Shown here one piece after another: positions 19,619-30,075 of a stretch of 64,000 nucleotides of DNA (position 1 is the first letter of the stretch; every line of letters starts with the position of its first letter). The DNA comes from an uncultured Actinomycetes bacterium. Lineage in GTDB: Bacteria; Actinomycetota; Thermoleophilia; UBA2241. The stretch lies in contig CAVWIH010000011.1 of NCBI GenBank assembly GCA_963755025.1, positions 1-64,000 of the forward strand, read 5' to 3'. The translations under genes were made by a program, and so were the position numbers. Under the pieces are notes generated by a model, which was not told the origin of the DNA, ran no database searches, and was given only the letters and a program-made list of their open reading frames with translations.

Positions 19619-21017
19619 TCGGGAAGCGACTCGAGCTCACCTCGACCGTGCCGCCCGTGGGACCCCACACCCATTCGTCGGAGACCTTGATCGTCCACCC
19701 TGTGTACTCGGTGTGGTGGGTGGTATAGACCGTCCAGGCGCTCCAGTCGGTGTAGGACGACGTCCACGACGACGTCGTGAACGCGGCGGCATGCTTGAAA
19801 CGCTCGCGGTCGTCGGTCGTGAGAAAGTCGCGCATGGTGCGGTTCCAGTCGGTGCCCGACGTGAAGTAGATGTAGAGCTTGCCGTCGCCGATGCCGGTCA
19901 CCGTGGCCGAGCTTTTGGAGCGCACGTAAAAGGCCAGCGAAGGGCGACGCCCGCCGGCGGCATCGGTCGACAGCACGACCATGCAATCCTCGTGCATCTG
20001 GTTCTGGAAGGTGAGCCGCCCCGGTCCGCTCGACGAGCGCGCCAGGACCGCGCCGGTCGCCGGCCTGAACGGCTTGACGATGTCGATCGCCGAACGTGGC
20101 GAGTCGCCCAGCCGCACCACGTAGCGGCCCGGCGTGGCGCGCGTGAACTGATACGAGACGGACTTGCTGGCGCCGCCGGCCAGGCTGACGGGTTTGGTCT
20201 GGGCCGCGTGGCCGTCGACCTCGAGCTCACCGGCGAACACGCCGCTGGCCTCGCCCCTGTTGGTCACCTCGGCGACTACGACGACCGGCGCGTGCACCAG
20301 GGCGGCGCTGGGCGCGATCACGAGGGGACTGACATCGAAGTCGGCCGGGGTCAGGGCCGTGAAGGCGAGCGTCTGTCCGGCCACCGTGGCCACGTGCTTG
20401 CCCGACGAGAGCGAGCCGGGCAGGGGCAGGTCAACGGTCGTAGCGCCGCGCGCGGAGACGGCTACCTGCAAGGGGCCCTGCGAGACCCCGTCGAGCGTGA
20501 ACGCGGAGCGCAGCGTGCCCGACAGCAGGCCGGCGTTCTTGACCTCGACCTTCAGCCGGGAGCCGGGCGCGGCCACGATCTGACCCTGGCGAGCTACAGT
20601 GAGGGCGTAGCGCGGCGGCGCCAGCAGCACAGCCGCGGCGGCGACGAGAACGACGGCGGCCACGCCGAGCACGATCGCGCCGGTGCGGCCGCCGGAAGCC
20701 GCGCCCGCGGTGACGGCGACGCCGGCAGGCTGACTGGGGGGCGCGCCCGAAGCCGCCGCGACGCCGGCGTCGGCGGGCGGCGCCGGCGGCGCGCCCTCGA
20801 GACCGACGACCGTGGCGCCGGCAGGGTCGGCGATCGGGGCGTCGGCAGAGTGGGCGACCGTGGCGCCGGCAGAGTCGGCGACCGTGGCGTCGGGAACCGG
20901 CCCGGCGGCCGGCCGACGCAGAAGGCGGACGGCCAGCACGACGGCGGCGGCGACCGCCGCCGCGAGACAGATGATCCCCCAGATGTCGCGCACAATCCCC
21001 CCGATCGCTCCGACCAT
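19611..21017 (-). CDS. Membrane-anchored protein with Ala/Pro-rich linker and CARDB/Ig-like domains
   Basis: Two hydrophobic segments; 8-aa ATVADSAG repeats; VTNRGEASG CARDB-like strands. Confidence 0.65.
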   Translation of the reverse strand: MVGAIGGIVRDIWGIICLAAAVAAAVVLAVRLLRRPAAGPVPDATVADSAGATVAHSADAPIADPAGATVVGLEGAPPAPPADAGVAAASGAPPSQPAGVAVTAGAASGGRTGAIVLGVAAVVLVAAAAVLLAPPRYALTVARQGQIVAAPGSRLKVEVKNAGLLSGTLRSAFTLDGVSQGPLQVAVSARGATTVDLPLPGSLSSGKHVATVAGQTLAFTALTPADFDVSPLVIAPSAALVHAPVVVVAEVTNRGEASGVFAGELEVDGHAAQTKPVSLAGGASKSVSYQFTRATPGRYVVRLGDSPRSAIDIVKPFRPATGAVLARSSSGPGRLTFQNQMHEDCMVVLSTDAAGGRRPSLAFYVRSKSSATVTGIGDGKLYIYFTSGTDWNRTMRDFLTTDDRERFKHAAAFTTSSWTSSYTDWSAWTVYTTHHTEYTGWTIKVSDEWVWGPTGGTVEVSSSRFPKV

Positions 21018-21152
21018 GTTCGTAGTCTGTGAAGGCCGAGCCTACCGCGCGACCAGCCGTCTGTCATCACCCGATAGTACCAACACTCCGGAGGGTTGGC
21101 CGGATACTTCATGCGGAGTGAGACTCGCCGTCGGTTTCGGAAGCATTCGCCC

Positions 21153-21181
21153 TTGCACCCGGGCGTCATCGGGACTATATG
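21153..21181 (+). promoter_or_regulatory. Putative sigma70-type promoter of the APC permease
   Basis: TTGCAC-N17-TATATG in an AT-richer intergenic region. Confidence 0.4.
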
Positions 21182-21256
21182 CAAGAGTGAGTATGTCCGA
21201 TGCGCCAGGGGGAGCGTCGGGTGAGTCCGCAGTAACGATGCACTGGAGGGGTCTGC

Positions 21257-22798
21257 ATGGCCGAAGTCGCGCTCAGAAAAGAAAAGGCAAAACTCGTCAG
21301 GACACTCAAGCGCTGGGACCTCGTGTTCTTCAGCGTCTGCGCCATCATCGGGCTCGACGCGGTCGCCGGCCTCGCCAAGTGGGGGCTCGGGCAGGGCGTC
21401 ACGTGGTTCGTCATCTTCGTCTTTCTCTTCTTGCTGCCCTACGGCTTGGTGACCGCCGAGCTCGGCGCCGCCTTCCCCGCCGAGGGCGGCATCTACACCT
21501 GGGCGCGCATGGCCTACGGCAAGCTTCCCGGCGAGCTCACGGCGATCCTCTACTGGATCTCGAACGCGGTCTGGATCGGCGGCTCTCTGGCCGGCGTGAC
21601 GATCGCCTCGATCAACGGCTTCTTCCTCGAGCCCAACCATAAGGCCGACGTCGGCTGGGTCGGCTCGATCGTCATCGGTCTCATCTTCGTCTGGGTGTGC
21701 ATCGCGATCGCCGTCATGAGCCTCAAGCACGGCAAGTGGGCCGCCAACGTCGGCGCCTGGGTCAAGGCCATCGCGGTCATCGCCTTCGCCATCCTCGTGG
21801 TCGCCAACCTCGCCAAGCACGGCCTGCCCAGCGGCATCGCCGGCGCTCACACCTACGTGCCGTCGATCAGCGGCTTCCTGGCCGTGATCGGCTCCATCAT
21901 CTTCCTGTTCGTCGGCTTCGAGCTCGAGTCGGGCGCCAGTGAAGAGATGACCAACCCGCAGCGCGACGTGCCGATCGGCATCCTGCGCTCCGGCATCATC
22001 ACCAGCGCCCTGTACATCATCGTCCTGCTGGGCATCCTCTTCACGCTGCCGGTCAAGGAGCTGACCACCTCGAGCGGCCTCACCGGCGCCTTCTCGCTGG
22101 TCAACAAGACCGTCATCGGCACCGGCGGCGGGGCCAAGTTCATCGGCTACCTGTTCGGCATCGTCATCATCCTCACGCTGATCGGTTCGGGCTCGGTCTG
22201 GATCCTCGGCTCCTGCCGCGTGCAGGCCGTCGCCGCCCTCGACGGCGCCGCGCCGCGCTGGCTCGGCAAGTTCGGCAGCCAGGGCACGCCGACCTCGATG
22301 GCGTGGCTCTCCGGCATCGTCGGCTCGGCCTTCGTGATCGTGGTGTTCTACCTGTCGCACCTGAGCAACGCGAACACGCTCAACAACGCCATGGCCGTGT
22401 TCCTGGGCATCGCGCTCTCGACCGCCGTGCTCGCCTACATCTTCACCATCCCGGCCACCATCACGCTGCGCCGCAAGTTCCCCGACGTGCACCGCCCCTT
22501 CCTGGTGCCCGGCGGCACGTTCGGCCTGTGGCTCTGCGTCGTCTTGAGCGAGATCGGCATCGTGCTCACCGGCTTCACGCTGCTGTGGCCCGGTCTCATC
22601 GACAAGGTCCTCGGCCAGACCTACTCGATCAGCGACAACTGGGGCGTCTCGCGCTCGTTCTTCGAGCTCGTCACGTTCGGCTCGTTCATCGTCATCTGCC
22701 TGGTCGGCGTGATCTTCTACCTGATCGGCCGGGCCCAGTCCAAGGGCGCCGACGTGACCACCGCGGAGCTGCTCGAAGGCGTCGTCGAGGATTCGTGA
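21257..22798 (+). CDS. APC family amino acid/amine permease
   Basis: AELGAAFPAEGGIYTW, FVGFE, EEMTNPQRDVP, RPF; about 12 TM segments; GGAGG RBS. Confidence 0.92.
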   Translation: MAEVALRKEKAKLVRTLKRWDLVFFSVCAIIGLDAVAGLAKWGLGQGVTWFVIFVFLFLLPYGLVTAELGAAFPAEGGIYTWARMAYGKLPGELTAILYWISNAVWIGGSLAGVTIASINGFFLEPNHKADVGWVGSIVIGLIFVWVCIAIAVMSLKHGKWAANVGAWVKAIAVIAFAILVVANLAKHGLPSGIAGAHTYVPSISGFLAVIGSIIFLFVGFELESGASEEMTNPQRDVPIGILRSGIITSALYIIVLLGILFTLPVKELTTSSGLTGAFSLVNKTVIGTGGGAKFIGYLFGIVIILTLIGSGSVWILGSCRVQAVAALDGAAPRWLGKFGSQGTPTSMAWLSGIVGSAFVIVVFYLSHLSNANTLNNAMAVFLGIALSTAVLAYIFTIPATITLRRKFPDVHRPFLVPGGTFGLWLCVVLSEIGIVLTGFTLLWPGLIDKVLGQTYSISDNWGVSRSFFELVTFGSFIVICLVGVIFYLIGRAQSKGADVTTAELLEGVVEDS

Positions 22799-22857
22799 CC
22801 GGCGACTGAAAGCGCGTCCGCTCGTGAGCGACGACTGAAGGGCGACACGAGCGTCGC

Positions 22858-22904
22858 GACGAGGCGGGGCTGCGGGCCGGTACGGCCCGCAGCCCCGCCT
22901 CGTC
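22858..22904. terminator. Perfect 22-bp inverted repeat, likely bidirectional terminator
   Basis: gacgaggcggggctgcgggccg-gta-cggcccgcagccccgcctcgtc between convergent genes. Confidence 0.8.
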
Positions 22905-22935
22905 TGCACCCGACGCACCTGGATCGGGACCGCCC

Positions 22936-23673
22936 TCAGGCGACCTTGCGCTCGGCGCCGCCCAGCAGCGCGGCGATCTCCACGGAGTCGAAGATCTCCT
23001 CGACGCCTGCGACGAGCCTGCTCACATCGACAGAGTCGGCCACGATCGCGCGCAGTCGTTCGTCGAGCTCGCGGTCGTACGGCTGGACCGCGGCGGCAAG
23101 GCGGTGGGCGGCGGCATACGGGTCGACGCCCTCCAGGTAGACGGCGCCGATCGGCCCCCGCGGCGTGCGCAGCAGGGCCGCCACCTCGCCGTTCTCACCC
23201 AGCGCCCGCCGCGAGGCGGCGAACTCGCGTGACGCGTAGGCCGCCGACAGGTCCGGTCGCGCCCGGTCGAGCGCCTCGGGCCGCAGCGGCGCGCAGAAGG
23301 CCAGGCCCATGCCCCTGCCGGCCGTGGCCGGGTCGAACCAGGCGGCGACGGTCTCCGGGTGCGCAGGCAGGGGCGCGGTCAGGTCGACGCCGTGGAGCTC
23401 CCTGACGGCGTTCACGAAGTACCGATCGATGTCGAGCGCCGAGCGCGCCAGCATGGGCAGCGTCTCGGCGAGGCTGCGCTTGGATTCGACGTAGGAGACC
23501 ACGACCGTGCCCGTCTGTGTCTCCTGCAGGTAGGTCCGTTCGAGCGCGATGCCCAGCCGGCGGCGCGACTCTTCGTACTCGCGGGGATGGGCTCGCAGTT
23601 CGGCGGCGACGCGCCCGGCGGCGGTCGCGGTCTTGCCCGGCGCCACGGGGTAGGGGATCACGGAACGGTACAC
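22936..23673 (-). CDS. Hypothetical protein with internally duplicated domain
   Basis: GGAGG RBS; two related halves (EYEESRRRLG / EFAASRRALG). Confidence 0.7.
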   Translation of the reverse strand: MYRSVIPYPVAPGKTATAAGRVAAELRAHPREYEESRRRLGIALERTYLQETQTGTVVVSYVESKRSLAETLPMLARSALDIDRYFVNAVRELHGVDLTAPLPAHPETVAAWFDPATAGRGMGLAFCAPLRPEALDRARPDLSAAYASREFAASRRALGENGEVAALLRTPRGPIGAVYLEGVDPYAAAHRLAAAVQPYDRELDERLRAIVADSVDVSRLVAGVEEIFDSVEIAALLGGAERKVA

Positions 23674-23752
23674 GGTCTGCCTCCTGCAACGAGAACGTGC
23701 GGCACCTCGACGGCGAGGGGCCTGGCGGCCCCTCGCCGTCGTCTTTGTGCCC

Positions 23753-24334
23753 TCAGGCGGCCTGCTCCGAGGGCTGGGCCACCTCGGACAGCGCCCTCAG
23801 CAGGCCCTGCACCGACTCGCGCACGTCGCTCGTCGGGCGCCCCTGGCTGTGGCCGTCGCCGCGCACGCAGCTCCAGATCACCCTGGCGCCGTCGTCGTCG
23901 CCGTCGCCGTTCGCCTGGCTGGCCCCGAGCACGTCGCGCATCTGCGCTTGGGCCTCGAGCAGGCGGGGCGCGTCGCACGACGAGCCCATGATGCCAAGCG
24001 GCTTGCCGGCCAGCGCGCGGCGGCCGTCGGGTGAGCCCGCCGCCCAGGCAAAGGCGTTCTTCATGGCGCCGCCGATGTCGCCGTCGTCCTGCGGCGTGGC
24101 CACGAGGATAGCTTCCGAGCGCCGCAGGGCGCTGCGCAGCCGGGCGACCTGGACCGGTTCCGCGTCGGCCGCCGGGCTGCCGTCGCCGGGGTAGTCGGGC
24201 AGGGCGGCCACGTCGAACTCGTCGATCATCATGCCCGCCGGGGCCTGCTCCTGAGCGGCCCGGAACAGGCCGCGGTGGTAAGAGCGCCGCCCCGCGCCGG
24301 GAGCGCTCGCCGCTACCAGGCCGAGCACACGCAC
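23753..24334 (-). CDS. NADPH-dependent FMN reductase-like domain (degenerate), possibly fused to the MFS
   Basis: VRVLGL, ILVATPQ...MKNAFAW, LAGKPLGIMG. Confidence 0.65.
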   Translation of the reverse strand: MRVLGLVAASAPGAGRRSYHRGLFRAAQEQAPAGMMIDEFDVAALPDYPGDGSPAADAEPVQVARLRSALRRSEAILVATPQDDGDIGGAMKNAFAWAAGSPDGRRALAGKPLGIMGSSCDAPRLLEAQAQMRDVLGASQANGDGDDDGARVIWSCVRGDGHSQGRPTSDVRESVQGLLRALSEVAQPSEQAA

Positions 24335-25920
24335 CGGGCGTGGCCGCAGCGCGGCGCCGCCGCGGCGGCAGCCGCCGCGGCGGGCTCCTGCTCGGCCCCG
24401 GCGGCGGCGGTCGCCGGCTCCGAGGCGATGAACAGCGCCGACAGCACGGCCGCCACGGCGAGCACGCCGGCCAGCACGATGAAGGCGATGTGGAAGCCAT
24501 GGACGAGCGCGGTCAGCGGCGCCGCGGCGCCCAGCGAGAGGTGGCTGCGCAGGTAGCTCGAGGTCGCCGTCGTGGCGATCGTGGTGATGGCCGCGAGACC
24601 CACGGCGCCGCCGATCTGCTGGCTCGTGTTGATCAGCCCCGAGGCGGCGCCCGCCTCGCGCGGGCGGGTCCCGGTCAGCGCGGCGATCGAGTCGGGCACG
24701 AAGGCGAGGCCCAGGCCCACGCCGGTCAGCAGAAAGCCGGGCAGCAGGTCGGACGCGTAGCTGCCGTGCACCGGCAGCCTCGTGTAAAGCAGCACCGCCA
24801 CCGCGGTGAGCGCCAGGCCGATGGGCAGCACGATGCGCATGCCGAGGCGGTTCACGAGCCCTTGGGCCACGACCGCCGAGACCACCGTCAGGAACGTCGT
24901 GGCGATGTAGGCCACGCCGGTCTTCAGAGCCGAGTAGTGCAGCACCTGCTCCATGTACAGCGAGAGCAGGAAGAACTGCGAGAACAGCCCGGCGCCGATC
25001 AGAAAGCCGACGATGTTGGCGGTGCGCGGCGTGGTCAGGCCCAGGATGCGCAACGGCAGCAGGGCGTTGCGCGAGCGCACCTCGATCACGGCGAAGACGA
25101 TCAGCAGGGCGGCCGCGACGGCCAGCAGGGTGATCGTCTCGCCGGCTCCCCAGCCGATCTGGGTGGCGCGAGTCAGGCCGTAGACCAGCAGCATGAGGCC
25201 CGCCGTCGCGGTGACCGCGCCGGGCAGGTCGAAGCCGCGGCGCGCGCCGCCGGCGCGACTGGCGGGCAGCAGCAGGGGGCTGAGCGCGATCAGCGCGGCG
25301 CCGATCGGCACGTTGATGTAAAAGATCCACTGCCAGCCCAGGGCGCTCGTCAGCACGCCGCCGAGCAGCGTGCCGGCCGCGGCCCCGCTGCCGGCGATGC
25401 CGCCCCACACGCCCAGCGCCAGGTTGCGCTCGCGCCCTTCGGCGAAGGTCGTCACCAGGATGGACAGCGCCGCCGGCGACAGCAGGGCGCCGCCGAGCCC
25501 CTGGATGCAGCGGAACGTGATGAGCGAGGCTTCGGACCATGCGAAACCGCACGCCAGCGAGGCGCCCGAGAAGAGCACGAGGCCGATCATGAACAGGCGC
25601 CGGCGGCCGAGGACGTCGGCCAGGCGCCCGCCGAGCAGCAGGAAGCCGCCGAAGAAGATGGCGTAGGCCGTCAGCACCCACTGCAGGCTCTCGACGGTGA
25701 AGTGCAGGTCGTTCCGGATCGACGGCAGCGCCACGTTCACCACGGCGATGTCCAGCACGACCATGAACTGGGCCACGCAGATCGCCGCGAGGATGAACAC
25801 CTTGTGGCGGTCCCAGGCGCTGCGCTCGCCGCCCGACAGGGCTGCCGCGGGCCCGTCCGCGGTGGTGAAGTCACCCGCGGGACCGCTCGGGGGCGGCGTG
25901 GGGGTGTGGGGATCGGCCAT
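24313..25920 (-). CDS. DHA2 (14-TM) MFS efflux transporter
   Basis: QFMVVLDIAVVNVALP, GGRLADVLGRRR, WIFYINVPIG; AGGAG RBS. Confidence 0.92.
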   Translation of the reverse strand: MADPHTPTPPPSGPAGDFTTADGPAAALSGGERSAWDRHKVFILAAICVAQFMVVLDIAVVNVALPSIRNDLHFTVESLQWVLTAYAIFFGGFLLLGGRLADVLGRRRLFMIGLVLFSGASLACGFAWSEASLITFRCIQGLGGALLSPAALSILVTTFAEGRERNLALGVWGGIAGSGAAAGTLLGGVLTSALGWQWIFYINVPIGAALIALSPLLLPASRAGGARRGFDLPGAVTATAGLMLLVYGLTRATQIGWGAGETITLLAVAAALLIVFAVIEVRSRNALLPLRILGLTTPRTANIVGFLIGAGLFSQFFLLSLYMEQVLHYSALKTGVAYIATTFLTVVSAVVAQGLVNRLGMRIVLPIGLALTAVAVLLYTRLPVHGSYASDLLPGFLLTGVGLGLAFVPDSIAALTGTRPREAGAASGLINTSQQIGGAVGLAAITTIATTATSSYLRSHLSLGAAAPLTALVHGFHIAFIVLAGVLAVAAVLSALFIASEPATAAAGAEQEPAAAAAAAAAPRCGHARCVCSAW

Positions 25921-26298
25921 CGTTTCTCTCCTGGCCTCGGTTCGAGCGGCGCACCGTGTCGTCTCGTGCAAGCGTCGCGCCCGATGGGTTACCGGTATCA
26001 AACACGACGCTACGGTCCGCCGGCGCTGGGGTCGGACGGCGGTCACGCCGTCGTTTCAGGCACCTTTCCCCCGCCTTTACAGTGATAACCCGTCGCCGCC
26101 CGGCCACCGCCCGGCCACCGGCCGGCCACCGACGGCCACCGGCGGCCGTCGCCCGCCGATTCAACTTCGCCGCGCGGCGGACCGATAGAATGGGCACGAC
26201 CGCGGCGCCCCACAGAGCTTTCGCCCGCGACCACGACCAGACCCGGGGGCAGGTCGGCCACGACCCCGACAACGAACGCAAGGGCTGGCACTCGCACG

Positions 26299-27480
26299 AT
26301 GACCGCAGACCCCACGGCGCGCGCAGGCGCCCGCTCCACGACCGGCGTAGCGCCGCAGGCGGGCGCCGGCGACCGCAGGTGCTACTCCTTCCCCGACTTA
26401 GGCGCGACGATCGACTGCGACGACTTCAGCGCCGACCTGGCCAGCGAGCTCCCCGACCGCTACGGCAGCTGCTTTTGCGTGGCCGAGTACTTCGACATCT
26501 ACGACCGTCCCGCGAACGTGAGCACCTGTCAGCTCGACGAACCCCGCCACGTGATCGTCTTCACCGTGAAGGGCGCGACCGCCGAGATCCTGAACAAGGT
26601 CGTCGACATCGAGCCCGAGGCCGTCGAACGGGTGACCACGGCCATCTTCCGCGCCCATCCCCGGGTGCATCGCGTACAGGCCGAGATCAAGTTCGCACCG
26701 GCTGAGCTGCGGCGCCCCGCGCGCCAGTTGCTGCGCGCCGACGACTTCGTGGTCACGCTGCCCGCCACGCTCGACGAGTACAACCAGACGATCGGCTCGA
26801 CGACCCGCAAACACCTGCGCCAGTACGGCAACGGCCTCGTCCGGCGGCACCCCGACTTCACCCTGTCCACGCTCGAACGCGGCGAGATTCCGCGCGAACT
26901 GGTCGACCAGGTGATCGCCTGGCACCTCGAGCGCATGCGCGCCAAGGGCGTGGTCTCCATGTGGGAAGACTCGAGCGACGCCCCCGACCAGCTCTGGCGC
27001 CTGCTCCAGGCGCACGGCTGCGCCCTGTGCGGCTCGATCGAGGGCCGCTGCGCCGCCGCCCAGCTCCTGCTCTTCGTGGGGCGCGACTGCTGGGTGCACA
27101 CCGTCGGTTTCGACTCGGCCTACGAAAACGAGCACCTGGGGCTGTTGATGACGTCGTACTCGATCGCCGAAAGCATCAGCCGGGGCTGCGCCCAGACCCA
27201 CCTCACCTGGGGCACCGACGTCTACAAACGGCGCCTGGGCGCCGTGCCCGTGCCGGCCTACCGGGTGTCGATCTACCGCTCGCGCCTGTGGAAGACGCTC
27301 TACCGCCGCGAACGCTGGACGCTCCTCGTGAAGCACCGCCACGACGTCTACTGGCGGGCGCGCACCGCCCTCACGGCGCGGCTGCCGCACCTGTCCGCGT
27401 GGTACCGCGGGCTCAAGGCACGGCTGCAAGCGCCCGCCGAGCCGCCCGCCCCCGGCCGGCCGCCGGTCAAGGAGTCCTGA
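26299..27480 (+). CDS. GNAT family acetyltransferase (CelD/BcsL-like)
   Basis: LPATLDEY...STTRKHLR, GFDSAY...LGLL, WGTDVYKRRLGA. Confidence 0.75.
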   Translation: MTADPTARAGARSTTGVAPQAGAGDRRCYSFPDLGATIDCDDFSADLASELPDRYGSCFCVAEYFDIYDRPANVSTCQLDEPRHVIVFTVKGATAEILNKVVDIEPEAVERVTTAIFRAHPRVHRVQAEIKFAPAELRRPARQLLRADDFVVTLPATLDEYNQTIGSTTRKHLRQYGNGLVRRHPDFTLSTLERGEIPRELVDQVIAWHLERMRAKGVVSMWEDSSDAPDQLWRLLQAHGCALCGSIEGRCAAAQLLLFVGRDCWVHTVGFDSAYENEHLGLLMTSYSIAESISRGCAQTHLTWGTDVYKRRLGAVPVPAYRVSIYRSRLWKTLYRRERWTLLVKHRHDVYWRARTALTARLPHLSAWYRGLKARLQAPAEPPAPGRPPVKES

Positions 27481-27564
27481 GCCGCAGCCTCAGCGCCGCG
27501 CCAGCGCGTCGTGCGCCGCCGCCGCTCCGGCGGCGGCGCACAGGGGCTGCCCTGCCGGGCGCTG

Positions 27565-28174
27565 CTAGACGACGAGCACCGGGCAGGTCGCCTTTCTGAC
27601 GACGGCCTTGCCGACTCGCGGGGCGCGCAGGGCGGCCAGCGGCGACGGGCTGCTCGCGCCGATCACGATGACGTCGGCGGCCATCTCCTGCGCCTCCAGC
27701 AGGATGTGCCTGGCCACCCGGCCGGCCGGCGCGCTGCGCAGCTGTCCCCGGGCCGCGACGCCGCGCTCGTGCAGCTCGCCCAGCAGCGGGCCGATGGTGG
27801 CTGCCGCCTCGGAGCGCGTCTCGCCGGCCGGAGCGCCGCCGCAGCGACCCGCAGCCAGCTCGCGGACATGCCAGCACCTCTACGGACCCCTGGCTTCGCC
27901 GGGCGAGGGCGAGGGCTGCCTGCGTGGCCCTGCGCGAGCGCGGCGACCCGTCGACCGCCAGCAGGATGCGCCACGACGCGCCCGCCAGGACCCCGTCGCG
28001 CGGATCGTCGTCGAGGAGCGCGGCCGCCTCCCGGTCGAGGTCGCCGAGCTCGCTCTGCATGATGCGGCAGCGGCGACGCAGTTCCGGCTGGCCGTCGAGC
28101 GCCGCGGCGACCGCCAGATCCGTGCGCAGGCCGAGGACGTAGTCGGCGAGCTGCTCGTCGCTGATCTGGCTCAC
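27565..28174 (-). CDS. Universal stress protein with N-terminal anti-sigma-like segment (frameshift near 27870)
   Basis: RILLAVDGS...ADVIVIG...KATCPVLVV; N-terminal LADYVLG. Confidence 0.7.
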
Positions 28175-29163
28175 GGCGTCTGCCCCACCCTTCCCCGCTC
28201 CAAGCGCTCCACGCGCTCGCCGCCGGGCGCCGGTGAGCGCACGACCACGACCGGACAGCCGGCGCGCTGGATCACCCGGTGGGCCACGCTGCCGAGCGGC
28301 TGCCCGGCGACGCTCCCCGACGACCGCAGGCCGAGCACGATGGTGTCGCCGCGAAAGTCGGCGGCGGCCCGCAGGATGCCCTCGGCTACGCGAGCCGCCG
28401 CGTTCACCTTGAGGCGTCTGGGCTCGCGCGACACCTTTCTGGTGAGCACGTCGGCCGCGATCTCGCCGAGCGTGGCGCATGGTTCTGGCCCGTTCAGCTC
28501 GGCCGTCTGGCGAGACACGAGCCCGCTCTCGTACACGTGCACGATGAGCACCTGTGCCGGGGCTGTGCCGGCAAGGTCGGTGGCGGCGGCCACCGCCCCC
28601 AGGGCCTGCTCCCAACCGTCGACCGCAAGCACGATCCTCTGGAACATCGCCGCCTCCCCACTCCTCACGTCTTGCGGCCGGTCGCGGGGCGAGCCCGGCG
28701 GCCCTCGTCGGCCGGTGCGGCGGGCGCCGCTCGCGGCGCCCGCCGCACCGGAGCGCACCACGACCACGGGACAGTCGGCCATCTGGATCACCCGGTGAGC
28801 GACGCTGCCCAGCAGGAGGCCGGCGAACTCGCCGAGGCCCCGCGAGCCCAGCACGATGGTGTCGGCGGCGAAATCCCGGGCAGCGCGCAGGATCTCTTTG
28901 GCGATGTCGGCGGACGGAGCCGAGCGCAGCTCGGCGCGCGCCGCCACGCCGTGCTGGGTCACCACGTCGAGCAGCGCCTCGGTGAGCAGGCGCGCCTCGT
29001 CGTGGGTCTCCAGGTCCACCGTCTCCCGCGACCCCAGGCCCAAGTCGTGGACGTGCACGACCAGCACCTCGCCGTGCGCCTTGCCGGCCAGGTCGAGCGC
29101 CGCGGTGAGCGCCCCGCGCGCCTGGTCGGTGCTGTCGACGGCGAGCACGATCCGTTCGAACAT
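28171..29163 (-). CDS. Tandem universal stress protein
   Basis: Two MFxRIVLAVD...GSVAHRVI..CPVVVVR domains. Confidence 0.9.
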   Translation of the reverse strand: MFERIVLAVDSTDQARGALTAALDLAGKAHGEVLVVHVHDLGLGSRETVDLETHDEARLLTEALLDVVTQHGVAARAELRSAPSADIAKEILRAARDFAADTIVLGSRGLGEFAGLLLGSVAHRVIQMADCPVVVVRSGAAGAASGARRTGRRGPPGSPRDRPQDVRSGEAAMFQRIVLAVDGWEQALGAVAAATDLAGTAPAQVLIVHVYESGLVSRQTAELNGPEPCATLGEIAADVLTRKVSREPRRLKVNAAARVAEGILRAAADFRGDTIVLGLRSSGSVAGQPLGSVAHRVIQRAGCPVVVVRSPAPGGERVERLERGRVGQTP

Positions 29164-29385
29164 GGCCCGTCACCCCTTCCCGCACGCTCCCCAGGGCGTG
29201 TCTGCCGCCACCGGGCTCAGGGCGTCGGAGCTGCCGCTGCGAAAAGGGCTCCCGGCGCCTTGGCCCTCACTGCAAGGCTAGGCGCGAGGGCAGCGGCGCG
29301 CATCGGGCGGTCAGATGGTGTCGCGCTCGGTCAGTCGGCCGATCTTTCGCCCGGTCGTCGGGCCGGCGCGGGCGGGCGCGAAAGG

Positions 29386-30075
29386 CTAGACCAGGTGGTG
29401 CCGCACGGCGATGGTGGCCGCTTCGGTACGGCTCGAGGCGCCGAGCTTGGCGATCACGCTGCTCACGTGGGTCTTGGCGGTGGAGCGGCTGATCACCAGC
29501 CGGTCGGCGATATCGGCGTTCGACAGCCCCTCGGCCATGAGGGCGAGCACCTGACGCTCGCGCCGGGTGAGGTCGCCGCCGGGAGCGTCGGGCGTGGAGA
29601 CCACGTGGATCAGGGCCTCGGCGGCCTCGGGAGCGAGGGTCGAGCGGCCGGCGTGGGCGGCGCGGATGGCGTCGGCCAGCTGTGCGCCGCTGATGTTCTT
29701 GAGGAGGTAGCCGATCGCCCCGGCGCGCAGCGCGCCCTCGATCAGCTCCTCGTCTGAGAAGCTGGTCAGCGCCAGCACGCGCGTGCCGGGGTGCTCGCGC
29801 AGCAACACCTCGGTCGCCGCCACGCCGTTCATGCCCGGCATGACGAGGTCCATGAGGACCACGTCGGGCCTGGCCTGCCCGCACGACCTGACGGCCTGCG
29901 CCCCGCTGTCGGCCTGCGCCACCAGCTCGATGTCGTCGAACAGGCGCAGGATGTTCTCGAGACCGCTGCGCACCAGCTCGTGGTCGTCGACGATCATCAC
30001 CCTGATCGTCGGTCCGACGTTCGGCGCTCCGACCTTCGGCGCTCCGCTATTCGGCGCAGCCCCGTCAGCGCTCAC
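29386..30075 (-). CDS. NarL/LuxR family response regulator
   Basis: IVDDH, MDLVMP, GYLLK, LTRRERQVL...TAKTHVSS HTH. Confidence 0.92.
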   Translation of the reverse strand: MSADGAAPNSGAPKVGAPNVGPTIRVMIVDDHELVRSGLENILRLFDDIELVAQADSGAQAVRSCGQARPDVVLMDLVMPGMNGVAATEVLLREHPGTRVLALTSFSDEELIEGALRAGAIGYLLKNISGAQLADAIRAAHAGRSTLAPEAAEALIHVVSTPDAPGGDLTRRERQVLALMAEGLSNADIADRLVISRSTAKTHVSSVIAKLGASSRTEAATIAVRHHLV

